Origin: a candidate division WOR-3 bacterium
Lineage (GTDB): Bacteria > Hydrothermota > Tepidihabitantia > Tepidihabitantales > Tepidihabitantaceae
NCBI GenBank assembly: GCA_965649295.1
Contig: CBFGKH010000008.1
Span: 32,001 to 96,000 of the forward strand
Length of the DNA: 64,000 nucleotides
Reading direction: 5' to 3'
The notes under the pieces: generated by a model
What the model saw: the letters and a program-made list of their open reading frames with translations, nothing else
The model's database searches: none
What the model was told of the DNA's origin: nothing
Translations under genes and position numbers: made by a program
Shown here: positions 18,792 to 27,968 of the stretch, piece by piece
How positions within the stretch are numbered: the first letter of the stretch is position 1
How the letters are laid out: every line of letters starts with the position of its first letter

Positions 18792-19301
18792 TCATAGCCG
18801 CAGCGGATCAATTAGCAGCTCGCGGTAATCAGGCGCTTGTTTCTTCGCATCACCAAGGGTTATTTTGCATTCTCTACGGAAGCGCTCTCTCGGTTGTTCC
18901 CAAATAACGATAGTGATACTAGTCCTCTGCGGATTGGCAAAATAGTCGCCGAAATCTAACCAAAGTAGGTAATCAGCGGCTATGTCCTTCTTGCCGAGAT
19001 TCTGAAATGCGCTGGCACCTGTCGCCTTCACCTCCACCCGAAGCTCACGTCCGTCAATAGACACCAGCAGGTCCGCCACGCGGCCACCCGGCTGGACAAT
19101 GGCACCATTCAGTCTGTCTGCCACCAGTCCTTTGGTAAGCGCCCGTTCTGCAATTGACTCGGTGAGAATGGATGGAATCTTGGGGAATTGAATGTAGGCC
19201 GCGAGCGGCTGTGTCCGCCGCAAACCTTCCAGGTGTGCAAACTCAGCCCGCAGTAGCTCGATGAGCTGCGCAATCTCGTGGCTGGATAGCAGCCGACGCA
19301 C
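18792..19301 (-). CDS. putative PD-(D/E)xK nuclease (restriction-endonuclease-like)
   Basis: E...ADLLV...VEVKATG motif; lower GC; probable leaderless GTG at 19301 after TACGAT. Confidence 0.55.
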   Translation of the reverse strand: MRRLLSSHEIAQLIELLRAEFAHLEGLRRTQPLAAYIQFPKIPSILTESIAERALTKGLVADRLNGAIVQPGGRVADLLVSIDGRELRVEVKATGASAFQNLGKKDIAADYLLWLDFGDYFANPQRTSITIVIWEQPRERFRRECKITLGDAKKQAPDYRELLIDPLRL

Positions 19302-19333
19302 TGTGCATCGTAACGCTGGCCCTATCGAGTACA

Positions 19334-19350
19334 ACGGACTTTAAGTACCA
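19334..19350 (-). promoter_or_regulatory. second copy of C-box operator (upstream of nuclease and divergent gene)
   Basis: ACGGACTTTAAGTACCA is the exact reverse complement of 18500-18516. Confidence 0.7.
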
Positions 19351-19392
19351 CAATCGTTGACAGACTCTCTGTCTGCCTTACAGTACCTGGCG

Positions 19393-19785
19393 ATGATTGG
19401 TAACGCAGTGCCGAGCCGAATCTGGCGGTGGGTCGACCGCGTACTTTGCCCAGTTACCGACGATATCGGCTGCGAGGAGAAAGACGACTATCTACTGCAC
19501 TACGAAGGCTGGGGTGGTTTCTGCGTCGTTCCGGTGTGGGACCCGGAGTTGCCCGACAACGAAAACGAAGAGAATGCACTGGCATATGCCGAAGAGCTGA
19601 GTGGCGACGTCATAGCGGAGTGGCAGCGTGAGCACAGGACTACGCACCGGCTAGTTGAGTGCGGTCATGTACCCAATGCTGCTTACGGCTTGACGTGGGC
19701 GTTGTTTGTCCGCGTCAGGCGCAGGCGGAAAGTCGGCAACCGAACACCCAAACCACGGCAAGTTCGGGCAGACGCGGCCCACTAA
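19393..19785 (+). CDS. hypothetical protein (acidic core)
   Basis: ORF preceded by TTGACA(19357)-N16-TACAGT-N8-ATG; no recognisable family. Confidence 0.5.
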   Translation: MIGNAVPSRIWRWVDRVLCPVTDDIGCEEKDDYLLHYEGWGGFCVVPVWDPELPDNENEENALAYAEELSGDVIAEWQREHRTTHRLVECGHVPNAAYGLTWALFVRVRRRRKVGNRTPKPRQVRADAAH

Positions 19786-19802
19786 GACAGCCACCGCCAA
19801 GC

Positions 19803-20021
19803 TTAGCGAAGCTCTTTCACTAGCCCTGCGACTCGCACGCCCAGTGTCTTGGCCAGCCTGACTAGGTTCTCGATGCCAATGTTCTTCTCGCCACGCTCGA
19901 TGCGGCCGACATAGGTGCGGTCCATATCGGCCATTTCGGCGAGCTTCTCTTGCGACCAGCCGCGTTTGAGCAGGTAGTAGCGAATCCGACGGCCCACGAG
20001 TTTCTTTGGGTCTCTGTCCAC
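19803..20021 (-). CDS. XRE-family HTH regulator (C-protein-like)
   Basis: 72 aa: WSQEKLAEMADMDRTYVGRIERGEKNIGIENLVRLAKTL. Confidence 0.9.
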   Translation of the reverse strand: MDRDPKKLVGRRIRYYLLKRGWSQEKLAEMADMDRTYVGRIERGEKNIGIENLVRLAKTLGVRVAGLVKELR

Positions 20022-20039
20022 TGACGGATTATCGCCTGC

Positions 20040-20071
20040 GTGCCCTATCAGGCAACGCCCTTTTAGGGCGC
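20040..20071 (-). promoter_or_regulatory. tandem dyad operator upstream of second C-protein gene
   Basis: GTGCCCTATCAGGCA-A-CGCCCTTTTAGGGCG; GATAAT 6 nt before GTG start. Confidence 0.55.
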
Positions 20072-20232
20072 GGCCAGAATCTACTCACAGAGGATCGGTC
20101 ACCGCTGCCAACCGGCGCTTGTGACAAAACCAGGGGACAGACGCGCAGCAGCAAGAACTAGACAGGACTCTGGCTGGCCCCGCGTCGTGCGGCGCTTGCC
20201 CGCGTCAAGGCTGGGCAGTATGCTTTGCCGCA

Positions 20233-20628
20233 ATGCTGGCCGGTAAGAGACTACGGCGCCTCACTTGGCCGGACGTATTGCTGCTGGTCGGGCTGGTAGC
20301 CCTGCCGGTCTGGTCGCTGGTGCAGGCCCGGCATACTGTCAACGGCCCAGCAGCCGCCTATGTCTTCGAGGCCGACAGGTTGCAGGGTGTCTATCCGCTC
20401 AACCGGAGTCAGACAGTGCGCGTGAGCGGGCCTGATGGCGGCCACGTGCTGATTGAGATTGCCGAAGGTCGGGTGCGAGTGGCTGAATCAAGCTGTCCTG
20501 AGCAGTTGTGTGTGCGCACTGGCTGGGTGACGCGGCCGGGGCGGCCGATTGTTTGCCTGCCGAACAAGGTGCTGGTCGAAGTACGACGTGCGGCCACCAA
20601 ATCCGACGTGGATGCCGAGAGCCATTAG
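20233..20628 (+). CDS. NusG domain II-containing membrane-anchored protein
   Basis: SSCPEQLCVRTGW...IVCLPNKV. Confidence 0.9.
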   Translation: MLAGKRLRRLTWPDVLLLVGLVALPVWSLVQARHTVNGPAAAYVFEADRLQGVYPLNRSQTVRVSGPDGGHVLIEIAEGRVRVAESSCPEQLCVRTGWVTRPGRPIVCLPNKVLVEVRRAATKSDVDAESH

Positions 20629-20636
20629 AGGGCGCT

Positions 20637-21878
20637 GTGCCGAGTGACGAGCTTGCAGCGGTTGAGCTTGATGGCGGTGGAACTGCCACGATCCGGCGGC
20701 TGGCAGCACTGGTTGCGGCTGCCAGTGTGCTGCAGGTGGCAGAGTCGCTGCTACCGCATCCGTTGCCCGGCGTCCGGCTGGGGCTGGCGAACGTGATGAC
20801 GCTGGTGGCAATGGTCGGTCTGGGCACGCAGGCAGCAATTGCGCTGACGGTTGCGCGGACGCTGGTCAGTGCCATCCTGCTGGGCACGCTTTTCGCGCCG
20901 GCTTTCTGGCTCAGTTTTGCGGGTGGGTTCGCCAGCACCAGTGTGATGGCTGGATTGTATCTCTGGTCACGACGGTTTCCTGCTGTGGGCTTTGGTCTGG
21001 TTGGCATCAGCGTGGCTGGTGCGGTTACGCACATAATGGTGCAGGTGGCGCTGGTGTATCTGGTCTTCGTTCGCAATCCCGGTGTGCTCCTGCTCTGGCC
21101 ATGGCTCGGCCTGGCCGCGGTGGCAGCCGGCGTCCTAACCGGCCTGATTGCTGCCCAGGCAATAGAGCAATTGCAGGCTGGTGACCAAGAAAGGCTGGCA
21201 ACTGCAGCCAGAGTCGCAGCCAACGGCCCGGATGCTGAGGGGCGACCGCTGCCAGGCCGATCCTGGATGGCGACCGGGGCACGAACCTGGGCCGAGCGAA
21301 TCGCACCGGAGTGGAAGATTGTCCTCGTACTGGCGCTCGGGATTGGTGTGGTCGTCTGGGAGGACTACGTGTTCTATCTTGTGGTTCTGCTGCTTCTCCT
21401 TGGGCTGGCGTTTGCCGCCGGCATCAAGGCCGGGCCGCTGTGGCGCAATGTTGGCCGGCTCTGGCCCCTGGCCCTATTCGCGCTGGTCGTGCCACTCCTC
21501 TTCACAACAACCGGCCGGGTATTGCTGGTGCTGGGGTCGTGGCGGCTGACAGCCGACGGACTTCGACAGGGCTTGGTTTTCGTCTGGCGACTGGTCCTGC
21601 TCTATTCTGCCACCACCCTGCTTGCGGCGACGACGCGGCCCGGTCGGCTCGCCGCTGGCTTGGGGCGGCTGCTCGGGCCGCTACGCTGGTTCGGTATCAG
21701 ACCAGGGCGCTTAGGTGCGCTGCTGGTTCTCGCTTGGGATGGTTTTGGCTGGCTCTGGGCTGAAGCCGGTAGCATAATTCGCACTCTCGGCCGCGCAACA
21801 ACACCGACCGGTTTCATACGCATACCCGGAGCAGTGGTTGCCCGACTTTACTGGCTGGCACTGGCCCGGACACGATAG
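20637..21878 (+). CDS. Gx transporter (heptaprenyl-PP synthase component I-like) fused to EcfT/CbiQ-like domain
   Basis: ESLLP.PLPGVRLGLAN, GAVTH..Q; second half P..K..L, WRLTADGL..G, ATTRP..L. Confidence 0.8.
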   Translation: MPSDELAAVELDGGGTATIRRLAALVAAASVLQVAESLLPHPLPGVRLGLANVMTLVAMVGLGTQAAIALTVARTLVSAILLGTLFAPAFWLSFAGGFASTSVMAGLYLWSRRFPAVGFGLVGISVAGAVTHIMVQVALVYLVFVRNPGVLLLWPWLGLAAVAAGVLTGLIAAQAIEQLQAGDQERLATAARVAANGPDAEGRPLPGRSWMATGARTWAERIAPEWKIVLVLALGIGVVVWEDYVFYLVVLLLLLGLAFAAGIKAGPLWRNVGRLWPLALFALVVPLLFTTTGRVLLVLGSWRLTADGLRQGLVFVWRLVLLYSATTLLAATTRPGRLAAGLGRLLGPLRWFGIRPGRLGALLVLAWDGFGWLWAEAGSIIRTLGRATTPTGFIRIPGAVVARLYWLALARTR

Positions 21879-21880
21879 CG

Positions 21881-22441
21881 ATGGCCGACTTGCAGCCAAA
21901 CCTTGAGCAGGAGCTGGTCCGACAAGCCCAGGCCGGCGACCTGGCCGCTTTTGAGAAACTGGTAAGCGAGCACCAGCGTCCCCTGTTCAACTATCTCTAT
22001 CGAATGTGCGGCAATCGCGCCGATGCCGAGGAGCTGACGCAAGCGGCGTTGGTCCGCTCCTGGGAATCGCTGGCCGGCTTCCGTGGCCGTTCAAGCTTCA
22101 AGACTTGGCTGTTTCGCATCGGGATGAATCTATTCTACAATCACCGAACCCGGCAGCGGCCAACTGAGGAGCTCGATGAACAACTGCCCGCCGGCCAAGC
22201 AGCCGAGCCACACGAACAACATGCTCAGCGAATCCGCGAGCAGGTTGTGGCTGCGGCACTGGCAAAACTGCCCGCGGACCAGCGGTCAGCACTGGTTTTG
22301 GCGGTGTATGAGCAGTTGAGCTATCGCGAGATTGCTAGGGCAATGGGCAAGACTGAGCGGGCAGTGGATTCGCTGCTCGTGCGAGCAAGGCAGAACCTGC
22401 GCCGGATATTGGGACAGGCTCGCGAGCAGGGACTTGTCTAG
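21881..22441 (+). CDS. ECF RNA polymerase sigma factor
   Basis: DAEELTQ, SSFKTWLFRI, LSYREIA, VDSLLVRAR. Confidence 0.93.
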   Translation: MADLQPNLEQELVRQAQAGDLAAFEKLVSEHQRPLFNYLYRMCGNRADAEELTQAALVRSWESLAGFRGRSSFKTWLFRIGMNLFYNHRTRQRPTEELDEQLPAGQAAEPHEQHAQRIREQVVAAALAKLPADQRSALVLAVYEQLSYREIARAMGKTERAVDSLLVRARQNLRRILGQAREQGLV

Positions 22442-22465
22442 CGGCGCAGGATATGGCAGAAAAGT

Positions 22466-22912
22466 GTGTCTAACAAGGTGAAGACGATGCGGTGCAAGAA
22501 AGCAGAGAGCCTCCTTTCGGCATACCTTGATGCCGAGCTTGCCTGGCAGTCGCAAGATGCGCTGGAGCAGCACCTTAGCGGCTGCCCGGCCTGCCGAACA
22601 AAGCTTGAAGAGCTGCGGGCTGACCACGCGTTACTAAAGTCGGTCCCCCCGCCCGAGCCTAGTGCTTTCCTAGCAACAAGGGCGATGGCCGAAATCAGGG
22701 CCGGACGTGCCCAACGTCAGCATCTTGGGTTGTGGCGCGCCTTGAGCACAATTGCCGCGGCCCTGTTGATTGCAATAAGTGCCGGCGTCGGTACTTTTGT
22801 TGGCGTGGGACTGGCTGACCAGAGCAGCCACCACGATAGTGGCGGGCTGCTTGAAATTGGCACGACCGACCCGGTGGTCGAGCTTGCCCAGACAGTAGTT
22901 GGAGGCGAATGA
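22466..22912 (+). CDS. zf-HC2 anti-sigma factor
   Basis: LSAYLDAEL...HLSGCPAC plus TM helix. Confidence 0.88.
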   Translation: MSNKVKTMRCKKAESLLSAYLDAELAWQSQDALEQHLSGCPACRTKLEELRADHALLKSVPPPEPSAFLATRAMAEIRAGRAQRQHLGLWRALSTIAAALLIAISAGVGTFVGVGLADQSSHHDSGGLLEIGTTDPVVELAQTVVGGE

Positions 22913-23382
22913 TGCGCGGCCGCTGGATGATGGTAGTGGCGGTAGCCTCGCTGGTTCTGAATGTGATGGTTGTCGGCAGCTTCCTGTTTCTGCGGTTTCG
23001 GCGCCCACCGCGACCACCATTCCATCGAATGGGGCCGGACCTGCGGCAGCGGGCTGACTGTATCTATGCCGAGTCGCGACCTGAGGCCGAACGGCTGATG
23101 CGCGAGAACGAACGGCTGCGGGCAATGCTGGCCGAGGAGATTCTCCGTAAGGATTCAGATGAACGCCGGCTTGATTCGCTCAGCAATGAGGTCGGCCGTA
23201 TTCACGGCCAGATGACCGCGCTGGCCTATCGCAATGCCCGGCGTGTCGTCAGCCTGCTGCCCGAACCCGAACGGCGCCGATTCATTGAAGATTTGCAGCG
23301 GCCTGGGCCGGGGCCCGGCCTGCGCTGGCGGAGGCACCGTTTCCACTGCCCGCCTGGACCGCCGCCTGACGACGGAAATTGA
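22909..23382 (+). CDS. periplasmic heavy-metal-sensor (Spy/CpxP-like) protein
   Basis: SLVLNV TM anchor, helical body, LLPEPERR motif. Confidence 0.75.
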   Translation: MMRGRWMMVVAVASLVLNVMVVGSFLFLRFRRPPRPPFHRMGPDLRQRADCIYAESRPEAERLMRENERLRAMLAEEILRKDSDERRLDSLSNEVGRIHGQMTALAYRNARRVVSLLPEPERRRFIEDLQRPGPGPGLRWRRHRFHCPPGPPPDDGN

Positions 23383-23407
23383 TGCCCAGACCCAAGGAGT
23401 AGAACCA

Positions 23408-23929
23408 ATGAAGCGACTCATTACCACCCTAGCAGTAATCCTCGTGGCTGGCCTGGCTGTAGCCCAGCCGATGCATAATTGTCCGGGCTGTCCGTCTGCC
23501 GAGCCGCGACCACCCGTACCGGCCCCGATGATGATGGAACCAGCCCCGGATAACGAGCTGCCCGAGCTGACCGCTGAGCAGCAGGACCGGATGGATGTGG
23601 CCAAACAGAACCATCTGCGGACGATTCTGCCAATCGAGACCGACCTGCAGATAAAGGAGCTGGAGCTCGCCGCACTCTGGCGGGCCGAAAAGTTCGATGC
23701 CCGAAAGATCACGGCCAAAGTTCGAGAGATAAGCGAACTGCGTGGCCGGCTGGAGCTCGAACGGGTCAATCACTTGTTGGCAGTCCGCGAAATCCTCACT
23801 CCTGAACAGCGCAAGGGCTTTATGCCGATGCTGTTCGGCCGTGGGCCCCGTGGTCCGCTGCCGGGCCGGGGCCGAATGCGCGGCTGTGGGCCAGGCCGCG
23901 ACTGCCCGGGCGACTGTCACGACGACTAA
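23408..23929 (+). CDS. Spy/CpxP family periplasmic chaperone
   Basis: Signal peptide after AAGGAG; LTAEQQ and ILTPEQR motifs. Confidence 0.85.
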   Translation: MKRLITTLAVILVAGLAVAQPMHNCPGCPSAEPRPPVPAPMMMEPAPDNELPELTAEQQDRMDVAKQNHLRTILPIETDLQIKELELAALWRAEKFDARKITAKVREISELRGRLELERVNHLLAVREILTPEQRKGFMPMLFGRGPRGPLPGRGRMRGCGPGRDCPGDCHDD

Positions 23930-23959
23930 CTAGTCCCTCAGCACTAGCGGCTCGGTCAC

Positions 23960-23988
23960 GGGCCGGGGGAAACCTCCTCCCCCGGCCC
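23960..23988 (+). terminator. GC-rich hairpin, probable terminator
   Basis: GGGCCGGGGGA-N7-TCCCCCGGCCC 11-bp stem; weak U-tract. Confidence 0.6.
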
Positions 23989-24044
23989 AATTGCTGCTGA
24001 CAAAGCCTTGACTTTGTTTCTAGTTACGGCATATTGAGGCGGTA

Positions 24045-25562
24045 ATGACACGCCTGCCAGAACACGAATACAAACTCATCACCGCCCTTACTGTCGCGCC
24101 ATCCCAGTCGGTTTCCGACCTCGTTGCCGCAACCGAGCTCGACCAGTCGCTGATTATGGCTGGTGCAACCCGACTGGCCGGAGCCGGTCTGCTAACGATA
24201 ACTGAACAGGAGTACGAGGAGTTTTCCCTGACCGACGCTGGTGTCGCCGCCGTGGCTGCCGGTCTGCCCGAGCGCCGAGCGCTCACCGCCATCCAGGCCA
24301 ATGGCGGCAGCGTCGCCTTTGCTGAGCTGGGACGGTTGCTCGGCCAGGCCGATACTCGAACCGAAGTAAAGTGGCTGACAAAGAAGGGCTGGTGCCAAAA
24401 AGACGGAGGCATGTTGCGGCTGAGCGATAAGGCGGCCGCTGCCCTGAACCAGCCTGGCGAGGACGAGCGCCTGCTAGCGGCCCTGGCCGAGCGCGGTCGG
24501 GCCACCGAGGAAGAGCTGGCCCTGGCTGGCGTTGATGTCGCCGCTGGTCTGGCCCTGCTCGCCGGCCGCAACGAACTACTCAAGCGGCGCAAGCGAACAG
24601 TAAGAATCCTCAGCCTGACTCCGGCCGGCTATGAACTCGTCGCCGGCGGCATTGAGCCGGCCGCTGAGGTAAACCAGCTGACACCGGAACTGCTGGCGAG
24701 CGGCCGCTGGCGCGATGTCATCCTCCGTCGCTACGACGTGACCCTGCCTACCGCGCCCCGCTACCCGGGCAAGCCCCATCCGCTCCAGCGGGTGATTGCT
24801 GAGATCCGTCGCGCCTTCTTTGAGATGGGATTCGAGGAAGTCGCCTCGCCAATGATTGACACGGCGTTCTGGGTCTTTGATGCTCTTTTCCAGCCCCAGG
24901 ACCACCCGGCCCGCGAGATGCAAGACACTTTCTATCTGCGGGTGCCAGAGCGGGGCCGCCTACCCAGCGACGATGTTGTAAATCGCGTCGCTCGCACCCA
25001 CGAAGACGGCTGGGAGACCGGCTCAACCGGCTGGCGCTACCGCTGGAGCCGCCAACGAGCCGAGCAACTGGTCCTGCGCACACACACTACCGCTGCGACC
25101 ATTCGGGCCCTGGCCGCGAATCCCAATCCGCCGCGCAAGATATTCTGCATCGGGAAAACCTTCCGGCACGAGAACATTGACCAGACCCACCTGCCGGAGT
25201 TTATGCAGATTGACGGCATTATCATTGATGAACGGGCGACCTTTGCCGCCCTGCTTGGCACGCTGGCGGCGTTCTACAAGAAGATGGGCGCTGAGGAAGT
25301 GAGGTTCCGTCCGTCCTTTTTTCCCTACACCGAACCCAGCGCCGAAGTCTTTGCCCGGATGGGTTCACTTGGCTGGGTTGAGATGTGCGGGGCCGGGGTT
25401 TTCCGGCCCGAAGTAACGAGACCATTGGGCTGTCGGGTGCCGGTTCTTGCCTGGGGCGGCGGAGTCGAACGCATCGCCATGCTGCGCTTCGGCATCAACG
25501 ACATCCGGCAACTATACTGGTCAGACATCAACTGGCTGCGCGAGTCGGCCCTGGCCCGCTGA
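24045..25562 (+). CDS. pheS: phenylalanine--tRNA ligase alpha subunit, archaeal/eukaryotic type
   Basis: 505 aa; FDALFQPQDHPAREMQDTFY, LRTHTT, FFPYTEPS, GAGVFRPEV, AWGGGVER; long N-terminal region. Confidence 0.95.
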   Translation: MTRLPEHEYKLITALTVAPSQSVSDLVAATELDQSLIMAGATRLAGAGLLTITEQEYEEFSLTDAGVAAVAAGLPERRALTAIQANGGSVAFAELGRLLGQADTRTEVKWLTKKGWCQKDGGMLRLSDKAAAALNQPGEDERLLAALAERGRATEEELALAGVDVAAGLALLAGRNELLKRRKRTVRILSLTPAGYELVAGGIEPAAEVNQLTPELLASGRWRDVILRRYDVTLPTAPRYPGKPHPLQRVIAEIRRAFFEMGFEEVASPMIDTAFWVFDALFQPQDHPAREMQDTFYLRVPERGRLPSDDVVNRVARTHEDGWETGSTGWRYRWSRQRAEQLVLRTHTTAATIRALAANPNPPRKIFCIGKTFRHENIDQTHLPEFMQIDGIIIDERATFAALLGTLAAFYKKMGAEEVRFRPSFFPYTEPSAEVFARMGSLGWVEMCGAGVFRPEVTRPLGCRVPVLAWGGGVERIAMLRFGINDIRQLYWSDINWLRESALAR

Positions 25563-25568
25563 ACCACC

Positions 25569-27362
25569 ATGCCCCTTGTCTCAATCCCTACCCGGCAACT
25601 GACCAAGCTGGTTGGCCGCGAGCTTAGTCGCGAGGAACTGGGCCAAGCGCTCGAGGCCCTAGGCAACAACGTCGAGGGCTTCACCTCGGTACGGCAGTTC
25701 CGCTGCCGCAAGTGCGGCGAACTCACCGAGGCCCTTGCCCACGAGAACTTCAACAACGTCTGCGATAGTTGCGGCTCTTCCGACCTGACCGAGGTCGGCA
25801 CAACCGAAGTCGTCCGCATCAGCCTGCTGCCGGTGCGACCGGACATGTTTGACGCTGCCGGCTTGGCGCGGGGCCTGCGCGGCTATCTTGGCATCGAAAC
25901 CGGACTGCCCCCTTACCAGTTCCCCGATTCGGGAATCAGTGTGCGGGTTGAGCCTGGTCTGGAGAACATCCGGCCGCATATCGTAGCTTGTGTTGTTCGT
26001 GGGGTGGTGATGGACGACGAGCTGGTCAAGACCATAATGAAGATGCAGGAGAACCTCCACTGGGCGCTGGGCCGTGACCGCCGTCGTGCCTCGATTGGGG
26101 TCTATGACCTGGACACGGTTCTGCCCAATTTCGTCTATCGGCCGGTCTCGCCGGACGGTGTCCGATTCGTGCCGCTGTTCGGGATGCCGGGCGACGAGCA
26201 GTCGGTCACGCCGCAACAGATTCTTCAACACCATCCCAAAGGGACCGCCTATCGGCACCTGCTCGATGGCCTGCCGTACTACCCACTGCTCTGCGACAGC
26301 CAAGACCGCGTCCTCTCCCTGCCACCGATTATCAACAGCGATGCGACCCGGGTCCGACCGACAACCCGCAATCTGTTCATTGATGTCACTGGCCCGGATA
26401 AGCAGGCCATTGTCAAGACCCTGGCGGTTATCGCTGCCAGTCTTGCCGACCTGGGAGCGAAACCAGAACGAGTCAGGATTATCTATCCTGATGGCCGCGT
26501 TGAGAGCACCCCGGACATGACACCGCAGCCGGCAACCCTTGACACTGCTGCTGCTCTGCGCGTGCTTGGTTGCGAACTCGAACCGGCCCAGATTGTCACC
26601 CTGCTGGCGAAGCTACGCTATGGTGCCAAGGTCGAAGGCGGACGAGTGGTGCTGGCAATCCCTGCCTACCGTGCCGACATCATGCACGAATGTGACATTA
26701 TCGAGGATGTCGCTATCGGCTACGGCTATGAGAATATCAAGCCCTATCTCGTGCCAACCATGACCGTCGGCGCTCACCAGCCGATTGAGGAACTCGCCGA
26801 CCTCTGTCGGCGCGTCCTGACCGGGCTCGGATTCCTTGAAACGATGACGCTGGTCTTGACCAACGAACGCGAGCACTATGAGTTATTGCGGCAGCCGGTG
26901 CCAGCGCAACACATTCAGCTCGCCAACCCGGTAACAGTTGAACAGACGATGCCACGCGGTCAACTGCTGACCGGCCTACTGAACACGTTTCGCATCAACG
27001 TCGCCCGAGAGATGCCGCAGCTAATCTTTGAAGTTGGCGACTGCTGTGAGCTTGCCGCTGCTGCCGAGACAGGCATCAGTACAACCCGCAAGCTCGGCGC
27101 CGGTATCGCCGGCCCTAAGGCCGGCTATGCCGATGCCCGCGCCACCTGCGAGGCGTTGGCGCGAGAGCTTGGTCTCGGCTGCCGATTTGAGCCATTGGAA
27201 GCAGCCGAGTTTATCCCTGGCCGCGGTGCCAGGGTAATGGCCACCAAGAACGGCGCTGAATTCGAATGGGGCCGGGTGGGCGAGATTCACCCGGAAGTAT
27301 TGGGAAACTTCGGTATCAACCAACCGGTAAGTGTTTTCGAGGTTGATCTTGGCCGATTGTAA
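25569..27362 (+). CDS. pheT: phenylalanine--tRNA ligase beta subunit, archaeal type, with zinc-ribbon insert
   Basis: 597 aa; RPD, QENLH..LGRDRRRASIGVYDLD, SLPPIINS, YRADIMHECDIIEDVAIGYGY, GEIHPEVL; ends without B8 domain. Confidence 0.93.
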   Translation: MPLVSIPTRQLTKLVGRELSREELGQALEALGNNVEGFTSVRQFRCRKCGELTEALAHENFNNVCDSCGSSDLTEVGTTEVVRISLLPVRPDMFDAAGLARGLRGYLGIETGLPPYQFPDSGISVRVEPGLENIRPHIVACVVRGVVMDDELVKTIMKMQENLHWALGRDRRRASIGVYDLDTVLPNFVYRPVSPDGVRFVPLFGMPGDEQSVTPQQILQHHPKGTAYRHLLDGLPYYPLLCDSQDRVLSLPPIINSDATRVRPTTRNLFIDVTGPDKQAIVKTLAVIAASLADLGAKPERVRIIYPDGRVESTPDMTPQPATLDTAAALRVLGCELEPAQIVTLLAKLRYGAKVEGGRVVLAIPAYRADIMHECDIIEDVAIGYGYENIKPYLVPTMTVGAHQPIEELADLCRRVLTGLGFLETMTLVLTNEREHYELLRQPVPAQHIQLANPVTVEQTMPRGQLLTGLLNTFRINVAREMPQLIFEVGDCCELAAAAETGISTTRKLGAGIAGPKAGYADARATCEALARELGLGCRFEPLEAAEFIPGRGARVMATKNGAEFEWGRVGEIHPEVLGNFGINQPVSVFEVDLGRL

Positions 27363-27371
27363 GGAGGCGAT

Positions 27372-27947
27372 ATGCCAAGGTGTCCACATTGCGGTGAGCC
27401 GGTAGGGGCCAACCAGGAACGCTGTTTCGCCTGTGGCCAGCCCATCCGCAGTCGGGACCTGCGGATTGAGCAGGGCACCAACCCGCTGGTCTTTATCATT
27501 GGCGGCGCAGCCGTGCTGGTCGCCATCGTCGCCGCGGTCATCGTCACGATCAACGCCAACCGCCGCCACGCTCAAGAAATGGAGGCACTGCGGCTGAAGC
27601 AGATTCAGGACTCAGTTCGCAAGGCGAACCGGGCGATGCTCGATTCAGCCCGCGAGCAGCGGCGAACCGAGGCCGAGCAGAGCCTGCTCGCCCAACTTGC
27701 CGATGTCGAGGCGCGATTCAACGAGGTTCGCAGTCAGGTCATAAAAAAGCAACCTTCTTCCCAGCAGCAGTTCATTATCAACAAGTTTCAGGCCGAGATT
27801 GTCCGACTGCGCGGGCTGGCGAATACGATTGGGTCGGCACCGCCTGACAAACGTCGCCAACTTCAGGAAGAACTGCGCGATGGCACGCGGAAGCTACGCG
27901 GCCTGGTCACCGACCTAAGCCGCGCTCCCAAGAGTAAGGACCAGTAA
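27372..27947 (+). CDS. zinc-ribbon, single-TM, coiled-coil protein
   Basis: CPHCG...CFACG, TM helix; AAGGAGG RBS. Confidence 0.75.
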   Translation: MPRCPHCGEPVGANQERCFACGQPIRSRDLRIEQGTNPLVFIIGGAAVLVAIVAAVIVTINANRRHAQEMEALRLKQIQDSVRKANRAMLDSAREQRRTEAEQSLLAQLADVEARFNEVRSQVIKKQPSSQQQFIINKFQAEIVRLRGLANTIGSAPPDKRRQLQEELRDGTRKLRGLVTDLSRAPKSKDQ

Positions 27948-27968
27948 CGCTAGCTAGCCTGCGCCCGC

